Below, one piece after another: positions 30,211 through 39,317 of a stretch of DNA of 64,000 nt (the stretch's first letter is position 1; each line of letters begins with the position of its first letter). A program made the position numbers and the translations under genes. The notes below the pieces were generated by a model. The model saw only the letters and a list, made by a program, of their open reading frames with translations. It made no database searches and was not told the DNA's origin. Source of the stretch: Candidatus Cloacimonadota bacterium (GTDB lineage: Bacteria > Muiribacteriota > UBA6191); NCBI GenBank assembly GCA_023954715.1, contig JAGSHD010000001.1, positions 428,468 to 492,467 of the forward strand. Reading direction: 5' to 3'.

Positions 30211-30920
30211 ACTCTATTTTGCTCTACTTGACGATTCATTTCAAATATATTGGGTTTGCTTTGAAACAGCTCTGCTATTTCTTTTATAGAAATTTCATAA
30301 GGGTCTTTTTGTAAAGTTGTACAAATAGCTCGAACCATATCTAAGTCTAATTGCTCATCAATCGTCAATCGCAAATCAGACAAAGACTTATATTTTTGTC
30401 TAAAAACTCCGCATTTATAGATATCTTGCCTTTGATAATAAGCACAAGTCACATGCTCTTTTTGAAAGTCATCTTGTTTATCCTGCGCTTGTTTTAAAAA
30501 GCTTTTTTTAGTTAATATTTCAAAGCTACAACCCAAAGGTAAATCAACATTTAAAATACGATCTAAATTTACGCTTTTCATTTGATCTAACATGGCTAGA
30601 TAGTCACTCACTTCAACAAATGGATTGTCTCCTGTTACCCTTGCGAAATATGGAGTCTTGAGATTTTTTACTACATCTAAAAACCTCTGAAAAACATTTT
30701 CTTCACTTCCCCTATAAACAGTAATATTTCGATCTTTACAAAATACTTCTAGCTCATCATCTTGCTTAGAGTCAGATGTTAAAATAATAGTATTATGATG
30801 ATTAATCCTATGAACTATGTTTTCGATCAAAGACTCTTTGTATAGTTTCATCAAAACTTTCTTAGGAAGTCTCTTAGAGCCTAATCTAGCTTGTACTAGA
30901 AAAGTAATTTCTTCACTCAT
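30207..30920 (-). CDS. CMP-nonulosonic-acid cytidylyltransferase family (PseF/SpsF/NeuA-like)
   Basis: N-terminal ARLGSKRLPKKVL motif is typical of this family. First gene of the minus-strand operon. Confidence 0.65.
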   Translation of the reverse strand: MSEEITFLVQARLGSKRLPKKVLMKLYKESLIENIVHRINHHNTIILTSDSKQDDELEVFCKDRNITVYRGSEENVFQRFLDVVKNLKTPYFARVTGDNPFVEVSDYLAMLDQMKSVNLDRILNVDLPLGCSFEILTKKSFLKQAQDKQDDFQKEHVTCAYYQRQDIYKCGVFRQKYKSLSDLRLTIDEQLDLDMVRAICTTLQKDPYEISIKEIAELFQSKPNIFEMNRQVEQNRV

Positions 30921-31303
30921 AGTTTAATCCCTAGGCTTAGTTTAACAAATACAAAATCTTTAGTTTTCAATCAAGTGATGCTCTATCACTTAGACTTACA
31001 AAGATAAACGCATCAATATTTATAGTCAATTTTTCATTTTCAGAGAAACATCTTTCTCTTCCCAAAAAAAATTAAGAGTTTGCATTTAGGTCTAACTTAT
31101 AAACTAAATTCATGACAACAATTGCAAAAGAATTCATTTCTTCAGCTCGGATAATTTTAATAAATAAGCTTTTAGTGTAAAATCTTTAAGTCTCTTTTTT
31201 GAATAGTTACAAATTTACCGTAAGAAAATATATTCATTAGAGGATATTGAAATTTCGACACCCAAGCATTCGATTTTTAATTTTAAAAGGCAGGACATGT
31301 TTT

Positions 31304-32698
31304 ATGTTACCAAGATTCTATATACTTCAAGATGATGAACAACTTCTTACCCAAACTTTTGGTAAAAAGTCAGTAATCAACGGTCCAAAAGTCTATTTCA
31401 AACCTCCTACTACCTCTATAATTGAAAGAAGAAGAGGTATTTCTCTTTCTTCTAAACAATTTATACATGTTAGAAACGCTCTTAGTGGAGAGATTACAAT
31501 GAAAACAGGGCCTTGCTTTTACTTTTTGGAGTCCCAAGAAAAGATCGAGTCCGCTGGTGAAGCCTTACCTCTTGCTGTTGATGAATATACTTATGTTAGA
31601 AATAATAGTACGGGTAAAACAACCGTAGTCAAAGGTGAATGCTCCTATATGCTACAACCCCATGAAAGTTTTTTAGGCAACTCCTTTAAAGCCACTCAGA
31701 TCGATGACCTTACAGCAGTCATTGTACGTAACATTGCTAATGGTAGCCTCAAACTAATCACTGAGTCACAAACCTTTATGCCACAAGATGATGAAGAAAT
31801 CACTGAAGTAGTAAACAAAATTCGACTAGAAGAACACGAATTAATGGTCTTGATTGATAACGAGGGTAAATATCATTTTTATTCTGGTCTTGGCGAGGAT
31901 AGCTCCTTTTTCATTCCACCTCACTGGAAACCACTCGTATGCCAATGGTCTTCTGGTTTGTTAAAGGAGTCTCGAAATTTAAAAATCTCTCGTTTTGATA
32001 TACGTCCTAAATTCATGTGGTATGAGTTTGAGGTTCGTACAAAAGACAATGTTGAACTCATCTTAAAAGTAACTTTCTTTTGGCAAATAGTTGATGTAAA
32101 CACCTTGGTAAAAAATACAGACGATGCCCCTGGGGATGTTTGTGCTCATGCTAGATCCTTGATTATACAAAAAGTTTCTAATGTGGAGTTTTCTGATTTT
32201 TTATCTCGTTTCAATGAGCTAGTACATGAGGCCATTTTTGGACAAGAGGATAGTTTTTATTCTTCTAGAGGAATAAAAATTCACTCGGTAGAAGCTAGAG
32301 AAATAGCCTGTAAAGATCAAAGAACCCAAGACGTATTAACAGAAATCATTCAAGAGACAACATCTCGTATCAACAGGATACAAAAGCAAGTTTCACAAAA
32401 TGAAGTCTCTATGAAGCAACTTGAAGGTAAACTCTTAGAAGAAGAAAATGCTATGAAATTAGCCAAAATGAAAGCGAAAAGAGTTGAAGAGGAAGGACGC
32501 ATAGAAGGACTTAAAAAAGCTAAAATCATCTCAAGCTTTATGGAGGGTTTAGGTTCAGAGTTGAGCCTGAGTCAAAAGGTTCAAATGTATGAAAATCTAA
32601 ACAAAAAAGAAAGTCTACAAACTTTAGCCAATGGCAATACCAAGATGTTTCTTACTCATGATGATATTCAAATGAAGTTAGAAATCAAAGAACCCTAA
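31304..32698 (+). CDS. Bacterial major-vault-protein-like protein: about five MVP (vault) repeats, an SPFH-like shoulder domain and a coiled-coil cap-helix
   Basis: Tandem repeats of about 40 aa fit the vault-repeat pattern Y.hV.N..tG......GP..y.L.P.E (FIHVRNALSGEITMKTGPCFYFLESQE; YTYVRNNSTGKTTVVKGECSYMLQPHE; AVIVRNIANGSLKLITESQTFMPQDDE). A band-7/SPFH-like block follows (RFDIRPKFMWYEFEVRTKDNVELILKVTFFWQIVD). A heptad-rich coiled coil of about 100 aa ends the protein. Start chosen at the ATG at 31304 (AGGA 8 nt upstream) rather than the TTG at 31247. Confidence 0.65.
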   Translation: MLPRFYILQDDEQLLTQTFGKKSVINGPKVYFKPPTTSIIERRRGISLSSKQFIHVRNALSGEITMKTGPCFYFLESQEKIESAGEALPLAVDEYTYVRNNSTGKTTVVKGECSYMLQPHESFLGNSFKATQIDDLTAVIVRNIANGSLKLITESQTFMPQDDEEITEVVNKIRLEEHELMVLIDNEGKYHFYSGLGEDSSFFIPPHWKPLVCQWSSGLLKESRNLKISRFDIRPKFMWYEFEVRTKDNVELILKVTFFWQIVDVNTLVKNTDDAPGDVCAHARSLIIQKVSNVEFSDFLSRFNELVHEAIFGQEDSFYSSRGIKIHSVEAREIACKDQRTQDVLTEIIQETTSRINRIQKQVSQNEVSMKQLEGKLLEEENAMKLAKMKAKRVEEEGRIEGLKKAKIISSFMEGLGSELSLSQKVQMYENLNKKESLQTLANGNTKMFLTHDDIQMKLEIKEP

Positions 32699-32737
32699 AT
32701 TTAATACGGAGATCGATCTATCCACTTTAAGTCTTTT

Positions 32738-33718
32738 TTGAAGTTTCTTTTATTTAGCCTAAGCTTAATTTTGCTAGTTGGTTTGACTATCTTTTTTATC
32801 TCACCAAAGATTAAAAGCAAAAACTTAGTTAATATCTTTAAGCAAGATCAAATAAAGACTCATGTACACCATTTGAGCCAAATTATTGGTGAAAGAAACA
32901 TAACAAAACCGCCACAATTACAAAAGTCTGCGGACTATATAAAAAACTTCCTAAAAAATCTTAACTTAAAAGTAGAAACACAAAAGTATGAGATTCAAAG
33001 CAACAAAGAATATCTCCCCATAGCAGAGCGTAAACTACCCTTTACTGTTGAAAACATCTATGTAACACTCAATGCACAATCAAAACTCCCACATTTAGTA
33101 GTTGGTGCGCATTATGACACTTTCTTTGATACTCCTGGCGCCGACGACAATGCCAGTTCTGTCTCTGTTTTACTAGAGATGATAAAACAGTTTGCTTCTA
33201 GTAAAACACTGAAACGCCCTATTGATTTTGTTTTTTTCACTTTAGAGGAACCCCCATTTTTCCAAACAAATGAAATGGGAAGCTACCAGTTTGCTAAGAT
33301 GCTTCAATCAAAACAGACGAAAATCCTTGGAATGATCAGTCTTGATTGTCTGGGCTATTTTAGTGAAAGTCAAAGCTACCCCTTTCCATTAAATCTCTTT
33401 TATAAAAGCAAAGGTGACTTTATCAGTTTGATATCCTCTTGGGACTCCTTCTCATTTTATAAAAAAGTAAGTAACCAAACTTATCAAAGCAACCAACTTA
33501 AGTTGAATAATTTTAGCCTACCGAGCCAAATACCTGGGGTCACTTACTCAGATCACTGGTCTTTTGAACAGTTTTCCTATCCAGCGGTGCTATTTACTGA
33601 CTCTGCTTTTTATAGATCATCTCATTATCATGAAAATACTGATCATCATGACACTCTCAATTATGAAAAATTAACTGAATTTACAAATATTTTATACAAT
33701 CTAATACAAGTTTTATAA
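32738..33718 (+). CDS. M28-family zinc aminopeptidase with an N-terminal TM or signal anchor
   Basis: GAHYDTFFDTPGADDNASSVSVLLEM is the M28 Zn-ligand motif. TTG start assumed; no nearby in-frame ATG. Confidence 0.7.
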   Translation: MKFLLFSLSLILLVGLTIFFISPKIKSKNLVNIFKQDQIKTHVHHLSQIIGERNITKPPQLQKSADYIKNFLKNLNLKVETQKYEIQSNKEYLPIAERKLPFTVENIYVTLNAQSKLPHLVVGAHYDTFFDTPGADDNASSVSVLLEMIKQFASSKTLKRPIDFVFFTLEEPPFFQTNEMGSYQFAKMLQSKQTKILGMISLDCLGYFSESQSYPFPLNLFYKSKGDFISLISSWDSFSFYKKVSNQTYQSNQLKLNNFSLPSQIPGVTYSDHWSFEQFSYPAVLFTDSAFYRSSHYHENTDHHDTLNYEKLTEFTNILYNLIQVL

Positions 33719-33841
33719 CATTTTTTGATAAAATTCGTAGTAATATATAGCAAAGTAAAATTTTACTTACAATTTAAAATACACAAACACCTTTAACTCC
33801 TTTTATAAGTGGGTATAGAGTATTTATATCATAGGTTTTTT

Positions 33842-35293
33842 ATGAAGTTTTTTATTTTTATTATCTTATCAGTCAGTCTTTGCACCTTTGCCGAAACTGA
33901 TTATTTTGGATTAAGCACAGAAACTACTGATTATTTTGGTGATATCGCAAAAAGTGGTAGCACTTCTAACGATTTTGTTCTAGTTGTAGAAAAAGACGAC
34001 AATCAATATGACTCTGATGATGACTACTTTCAAAATGACTCAGACGATAGTTCAGATACATCAAACAAGAGTGATTATATTGATGAGCAAATCAAAGAAG
34101 CTAAACAACTCAACACCAAGAAAAAGTTTATAGAAGCATTAGACCTATTGAGAGTCTTAAACTTTCAAGTGGACTTTAATAATATCAAGGCTCAATATTA
34201 CTTTGCTCGACAATATTTGATTGTGATAGGCAACAAAGCAATCCAATCTGATGAGTATAGACTTTATTTTAAAAAAGCGAAACATCATATTAAAAAGATA
34301 GAGACCCACATTGAAAACGGAAATGTATCACGAAGTGAAAAGTCTAACTATGAAAAAAAGGTGAGAGAACTAAAACTACTCTATTCTAAATTGCTTCCAA
34401 AATCATCGAAGCCTCGACCTAGTAACTCTTCTAACGACAATAACGATACAGATGTTAACTCACCCAATGGAGACACATTTTATGATAATGATGCAGCAGA
34501 CGATGATGACGATGTTGTAGCAAATTTAAATGATAACGAAATCTCACAAGACAATTTAGCTGCTAGTAAAGCCCCTATTTATAACTTACAATTGAGTAGT
34601 GCCGATCAGATTGACTCACAACACGCTAAGACGATTTTAGATGCAATGGGACTAACAGGATCTAATAGTGTTCATAAATTAAGTTACTCCAATGCTTTGG
34701 CCGCTGTTTGTAACGGAAAAACCTACGGGAGTTATCGACGGTCTTATACTGGACCAAACGGCACGGGCTGTAAAGGGATCGGGTTAAACGATAAAAAGCT
34801 ACACAAATATCACCGAACAGCAACTATGAAGCAATACCTCTTTGAAGAGTATCAACTTTTACGGACTGCTGTAATTAAATATAAAGCATATCCAGTTATC
34901 AGTTATAAAGATACACCTAAACTCTATGAAAATTGGATTAATAAAGCAGCAGCAGAGTTAACTTCTGTTCCTCAATCTAAAAGAGTTGCGCTTTTACAAT
35001 CTCAACTTAGAGAAGAAAGTGGCCGTGCTCACTGGAGAAACTTTCGACCGATTGCGTCTCAAGCCGGTGCGGTTGGAGTTGCTCAACTACTTCCTGCAAC
35101 TGCAATTATATCATCAAAAGTTAATCCTTATGACCCAGAAGGAAACTTTGTTGGTGGTGCGAAATATTTAAACAAAATGATTAAAAACCACGGTTCAATC
35201 AAAAGTGGATTGGCTGCATACAATGGTGGTGGCGGTAATGTAAATGCTGCTGGCCCTCAACGATATGCAAGAAACATCACTTCTAGGATGTAA
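33842..35293 (+). CDS. Secreted protein with an acidic low-complexity N-terminal region and a C-terminal lytic transglycosylase (SLT) domain
   Basis: Signal peptide MKFFIFIILSVSLCTFA starts at the ATG at 33842. C-terminal ES...AGAVGVAQLLPATA...GLAAYNGG are SLT catalytic Glu and family motifs. Two DYFG repeats and D-rich stretches lie in between. Confidence 0.7.
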   Translation: MKFFIFIILSVSLCTFAETDYFGLSTETTDYFGDIAKSGSTSNDFVLVVEKDDNQYDSDDDYFQNDSDDSSDTSNKSDYIDEQIKEAKQLNTKKKFIEALDLLRVLNFQVDFNNIKAQYYFARQYLIVIGNKAIQSDEYRLYFKKAKHHIKKIETHIENGNVSRSEKSNYEKKVRELKLLYSKLLPKSSKPRPSNSSNDNNDTDVNSPNGDTFYDNDAADDDDDVVANLNDNEISQDNLAASKAPIYNLQLSSADQIDSQHAKTILDAMGLTGSNSVHKLSYSNALAAVCNGKTYGSYRRSYTGPNGTGCKGIGLNDKKLHKYHRTATMKQYLFEEYQLLRTAVIKYKAYPVISYKDTPKLYENWINKAAAELTSVPQSKRVALLQSQLREESGRAHWRNFRPIASQAGAVGVAQLLPATAIISSKVNPYDPEGNFVGGAKYLNKMIKNHGSIKSGLAAYNGGGGNVNAAGPQRYARNITSRM

Positions 35294-35295
35294 TT

Positions 35296-36096
35296 ATGAG
35301 AAAATTGTTATTCCCTCTTTTATTTAGTATTGTAAGCAGCTCTAGTTTTACTGATCCCCAATCAGACCTTTTAGCTAAGTACAACCTTGTTTATCAACAG
35401 ACTGATAAAACAGGCTTACTAAACTTTACTAAAAATCAGCAATCGGTAGAGCTTAGTAAACATAAAAATTATGATTTGATTCAAAGTGAAGAAGTAGCTA
35501 TCGCCAACGATGAAAAGCTGCTCTTTTTAGTCTGGAAAAGCAAAGTCAAAAATGCTTATGCTTTTTTAGAAGGATACCGTTTTAACAAAAGCTTAAATAA
35601 GGCAACTCGTGTAGCTTTACCCAAGGTATTTAACTCTGAACTCTTAAATGGTGATATCAAACTAAGCAAAGCCAATGAAGACCTTCTAATAAGTGTAAAG
35701 TATCAAATATACTCCTACTTTCTTGATGATGAGGGTGTTTTTCACAGAGTTAGCTATAAAATCGATAAAGTCACCGGAAAGTTCAAATTTCATAAGCATA
35801 AAGTTGATCATGGCAAAACAAGCCACGATTATTTTAACTTAGCTGGGTTTTATTCTGATCATAAAAAAATCAAAACTAGCCTAAAGTATTTTGAGTTGGC
35901 TCTAGATGAAAACTATAGTGACGAAAAGCAAATCGATAAAGCTCATTTAGCCCACTTAAATTTTGAATATGCTAAAGCACTCATTAAAGACAAACAAGCT
36001 AATAAAGCCAAGGTTATTTTACAGAAAGTAGCTCAAGAGTTTTCTGATGTACAATTTGGTAAAGATGCTAAAAAGCTTCTTGAGCAAACAAAGTAA
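35296..36096 (+). CDS. Secreted hypothetical protein with TPR-like C-terminal helices
   Basis: Signal peptide MRKLLFPLLFSIVSSSS. Lies 3 nt after the SLT gene stop, so probably cotranscribed. Confidence 0.5.
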   Translation: MRKLLFPLLFSIVSSSSFTDPQSDLLAKYNLVYQQTDKTGLLNFTKNQQSVELSKHKNYDLIQSEEVAIANDEKLLFLVWKSKVKNAYAFLEGYRFNKSLNKATRVALPKVFNSELLNGDIKLSKANEDLLISVKYQIYSYFLDDEGVFHRVSYKIDKVTGKFKFHKHKVDHGKTSHDYFNLAGFYSDHKKIKTSLKYFELALDENYSDEKQIDKAHLAHLNFEYAKALIKDKQANKAKVILQKVAQEFSDVQFGKDAKKLLEQTK

Positions 36097-36100
36097 GCAA

Positions 36101-37486
36101 TTATTTAGTTTGCTTTAAAATCCATTTTTTTAGGATAGCTAGTACTTTAGGAGAGATTGTCTCTTCAATAGTGGAGTACTCTGAAACAGCCCCAGTTTTT
36201 GCTGTTTGAAACAAATGATTTACACCATCGATAAGCTCATATTGAACATGTGAGTTATTCGCCTCTTTAAACGACTCTTTAATACTTGGTAAGTTTAGGT
36301 CTATATCTACTTGCTGATCGAGTGTTCCGTTCATAACTAAAACTGGTATTTTCACTTTTTTCAGATATTTACTTGGTTCAAAAGTTAAAAAAAACTTCAT
36401 CCATGGGTTAGCTAAGGCTACATAAATTGATTGCAGATAATTTTTTGCATCCATATCTTGCCCAAATTCTTTTTTGAAAATTGCTGTATAATCTAAAGTC
36501 ATTGGTGTTAGCGATTTAACAAAATCTGCCTCCGATGCAGACGATTGAATCAAAGGTAGAGCTCCATCAAAAATCTTTTCATTTCCATAATGAATTTTTA
36601 AATCTACTCCTTTGTTGATATGTAATTGCTTACGCTGAAAAGACAATACCTTGTGTCCATTAACGCCCATCCCAGCCATCATAACGATAAAAGACAATTT
36701 AGGCTCTAAGTCTGCTGCTAGCATACTAACAATGCTAGCACCTTCGCTATGCCCAATCATACCAATATTTTGGGTATCGATATCTTTTCTTTTCAAAAAG
36801 TAATTTACAGCCCCTCTAGCATCATTTGCAAAATTCAAAGTATTTGCTTTTGAAAAGTCTCCTTTTGATCTAGCTACACCCCGATCATCATATCGAAACA
36901 CAGCAATCCCCGATTTTGTTAAAAAATCAGCTAATACAGCAAAAGGTTTATGATTCAAGATGGTTTCATCTCTATCTTGAGGGCCACTTCCTGACACTAA
37001 TATCACTAAGGGTGGTATTTCTTTGCTTTTAGGATGGGTCAATGTCCCAGATAATAAATCTGTTTCTCCCTTAAATTGAAGTTCTTCGATAAGATAATCA
37101 AAAGGTGGTTTAGGAGTCTGAGGACGTAGTTCAACAACAGCTTTACCCCTTGCTAGCTCAAATGTACCAAAAACGGAGCTTTGGCTATATTTTCCAGTAA
37201 TCTGTTGCCCTTCAATTTTACCTTCAAAGCTTGGATCCCCTGTGATCCCTTTTAATTTAAAAGATACATTATTGTCATCTAAAACAAGTTGATCCAAGCC
37301 AATATCTTTTGCTCCTTGTGAGATAATATCCATCGACCCAACTAGTCGAGATGACTTATCCTTTAAAAACTGAGCTGATATCTTTAACTCAATCCCTGAA
37401 ACAGAGATTTTACCCTGCCAATTTCCAAATATGTCATTTGAAAAGTTATTCATAATCACACCTAAAAATAACAGTAAGCTAATCAT
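36101..37486 (-). CDS. Alpha/beta-hydrolase fold protein with a GHSEG nucleophile elbow
   Basis: MIGHSEGAS GxSxG motif. 461 aa. Immediately downstream of DUF885 on the same strand. Confidence 0.65.
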   Translation of the reverse strand: MISLLLFLGVIMNNFSNDIFGNWQGKISVSGIELKISAQFLKDKSSRLVGSMDIISQGAKDIGLDQLVLDDNNVSFKLKGITGDPSFEGKIEGQQITGKYSQSSVFGTFELARGKAVVELRPQTPKPPFDYLIEELQFKGETDLLSGTLTHPKSKEIPPLVILVSGSGPQDRDETILNHKPFAVLADFLTKSGIAVFRYDDRGVARSKGDFSKANTLNFANDARGAVNYFLKRKDIDTQNIGMIGHSEGASIVSMLAADLEPKLSFIVMMAGMGVNGHKVLSFQRKQLHINKGVDLKIHYGNEKIFDGALPLIQSSASEADFVKSLTPMTLDYTAIFKKEFGQDMDAKNYLQSIYVALANPWMKFFLTFEPSKYLKKVKIPVLVMNGTLDQQVDIDLNLPSIKESFKEANNSHVQYELIDGVNHLFQTAKTGAVSEYSTIEETISPKVLAILKKWILKQTK

Positions 37487-39175
37487 CTAGTTTTTACCGA
37501 AATCAATGTCATTCATGACTTCTTCTAGTACTTTTAAAGGAAGAGCCCCGTGACATAGCAACTCATGATGAAACTTTTTAATATCAAAACTATCTTGATG
37601 CTTTTCTTGAAGTTTCTTGCGAAGGTTCATGATAAATATTTCACCCATTTTGTAAGATAGTGCCTGTCCAGGCATTACAATGTAACGATCAATCTCCACT
37701 TCAATATTTTCTTTGGATAGGCAGGTATTGTTTACCATATAATCAATAGCTTCTTGTCTACCCCATCCTTTATGATGAATCCCGGTATCAACTACTAATC
37801 GAGAAGCACGCCAAACTTCAAAGGATAATTTACCAAATCGAGCTTCAGGAGTTTTGTAAAAACCCATTTCTTCAGATAGTTTTTCTGTATATAAAGCCCA
37901 ACCCTCAACATAAGCTGTCTCGTTATATCTTTTTCTAAATTCTGGGATCCCTTGTAACTCTTGTGCAATAGAGATCTGAAAGTGATGACCTGGTACTGCT
38001 TCATGAAAAGCTAAGGCTTCTGCATTATGCTTACCTCTTGTTTGTGGGTTGTAAGTATTTACAAAATAAACACCAGGTCTTGCCGTCTTACTATCTCCTG
38101 GCATATAAAATGCATCTGGTGCTTCTTTTTCTTGATACTCGGGTAAAGGCTGTACCTCATAAAGGTTTTTTGGTAAGACCGAAAAGTATTTAGGTAGTTC
38201 TTTTTCCATTTCTTTTAACAATGCCGTGTGATGCTCTACTATTTCTTCTCGAGAGCTATAATGTAGATCTTTATTGCCACGCATTGATTCAAAAAAGTCA
38301 TTTAATGAACCACTGAGTCCCATCTCTTTTTGAATACTCTCCATTTCGCTATGGATTCTTGCCACTTCTTGTAAACCAATTTCATGAATCTCTTGAGGTG
38401 CTATATCTAAGGTCGTATTTTGCTTTACTTTTAAAGCATAGTAATCATCGCCACCGGGTAAATTACATAGTCCAATGCTTTCTCTTGTATATTGTAAATA
38501 AGTCTTTCTTAAATATTTAACTAATCTTTTTAATGGACGATTTACATGCTTAGACACAGCCTCTTGAAGCTGAGAGTTTACTTTAGATTTTTGGTTTTTT
38601 GCTAATACAGAAAAGCTCTTTGACGCTGTTAGAAAGTAAGTACTTTTTTGAGGATCATTAGTAATCATTTTTTCAATTTGAGCAATAACTAAAAGTGTAA
38701 TATTAGTTGGTAGTACCCACTGTCGCACAATCCCTCGATGTAAATGTCTTTGAACTTGTTTAACCTGTTTACTAAAACCCTTTAGTCTTGAAAGATAGTC
38801 TTCAAAGTCCTTTTTATCTCTAAAAGGATGAACATTAGCAATTTGTAAAAAGCTAGTATGTACTCCACCCATTTGCGATAATGCCAAGTGATGAGAAGGA
38901 ACATCTAAATATGCACGAGAACTCTTCACATCTTCTAAAAATAGACTTCTAGAGATTTTCTCTTCTGTATCTAAACTGGCAACATCAACATTTTGTACTT
39001 TTTTATAGTATTTCTCTAGGGTCTGATGAGACTTAAATCCACTTTTTAAACCGTAACTCTCTAACTTAGAGTTATAATCATATACCCCATAAAAAGTTGC
39101 CATAGAAGGAGAATTTTGCAAGGACAAATCCCAGTAGCTATCAAAAATATTGTTTAGTTTCATGTGAGGCTCCAT
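37487..39175 (-). CDS. DUF885-family (M3/M32-like) putative metallopeptidase
   Basis: AFHEAVPGHHFQ is the characteristic DUF885 HExxH-like motif. 562 aa. Confidence 0.65.
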   Translation of the reverse strand: MEPHMKLNNIFDSYWDLSLQNSPSMATFYGVYDYNSKLESYGLKSGFKSHQTLEKYYKKVQNVDVASLDTEEKISRSLFLEDVKSSRAYLDVPSHHLALSQMGGVHTSFLQIANVHPFRDKKDFEDYLSRLKGFSKQVKQVQRHLHRGIVRQWVLPTNITLLVIAQIEKMITNDPQKSTYFLTASKSFSVLAKNQKSKVNSQLQEAVSKHVNRPLKRLVKYLRKTYLQYTRESIGLCNLPGGDDYYALKVKQNTTLDIAPQEIHEIGLQEVARIHSEMESIQKEMGLSGSLNDFFESMRGNKDLHYSSREEIVEHHTALLKEMEKELPKYFSVLPKNLYEVQPLPEYQEKEAPDAFYMPGDSKTARPGVYFVNTYNPQTRGKHNAEALAFHEAVPGHHFQISIAQELQGIPEFRKRYNETAYVEGWALYTEKLSEEMGFYKTPEARFGKLSFEVWRASRLVVDTGIHHKGWGRQEAIDYMVNNTCLSKENIEVEIDRYIVMPGQALSYKMGEIFIMNLRKKLQEKHQDSFDIKKFHHELLCHGALPLKVLEEVMNDIDFGKN

Positions 39176-39317
39176 AAGTCATCATTAGTGTTAATGTTTG
39201 GTAGTATATCAAAGTGTAAATACTTTGTCTTTTTAGTCTGGATAATATCTGTTTATACAAAAAAAAATCTACCTTATGCAGATGCATAAGATAGATTTAT
39301 CGATTGTTTATAAAAAA

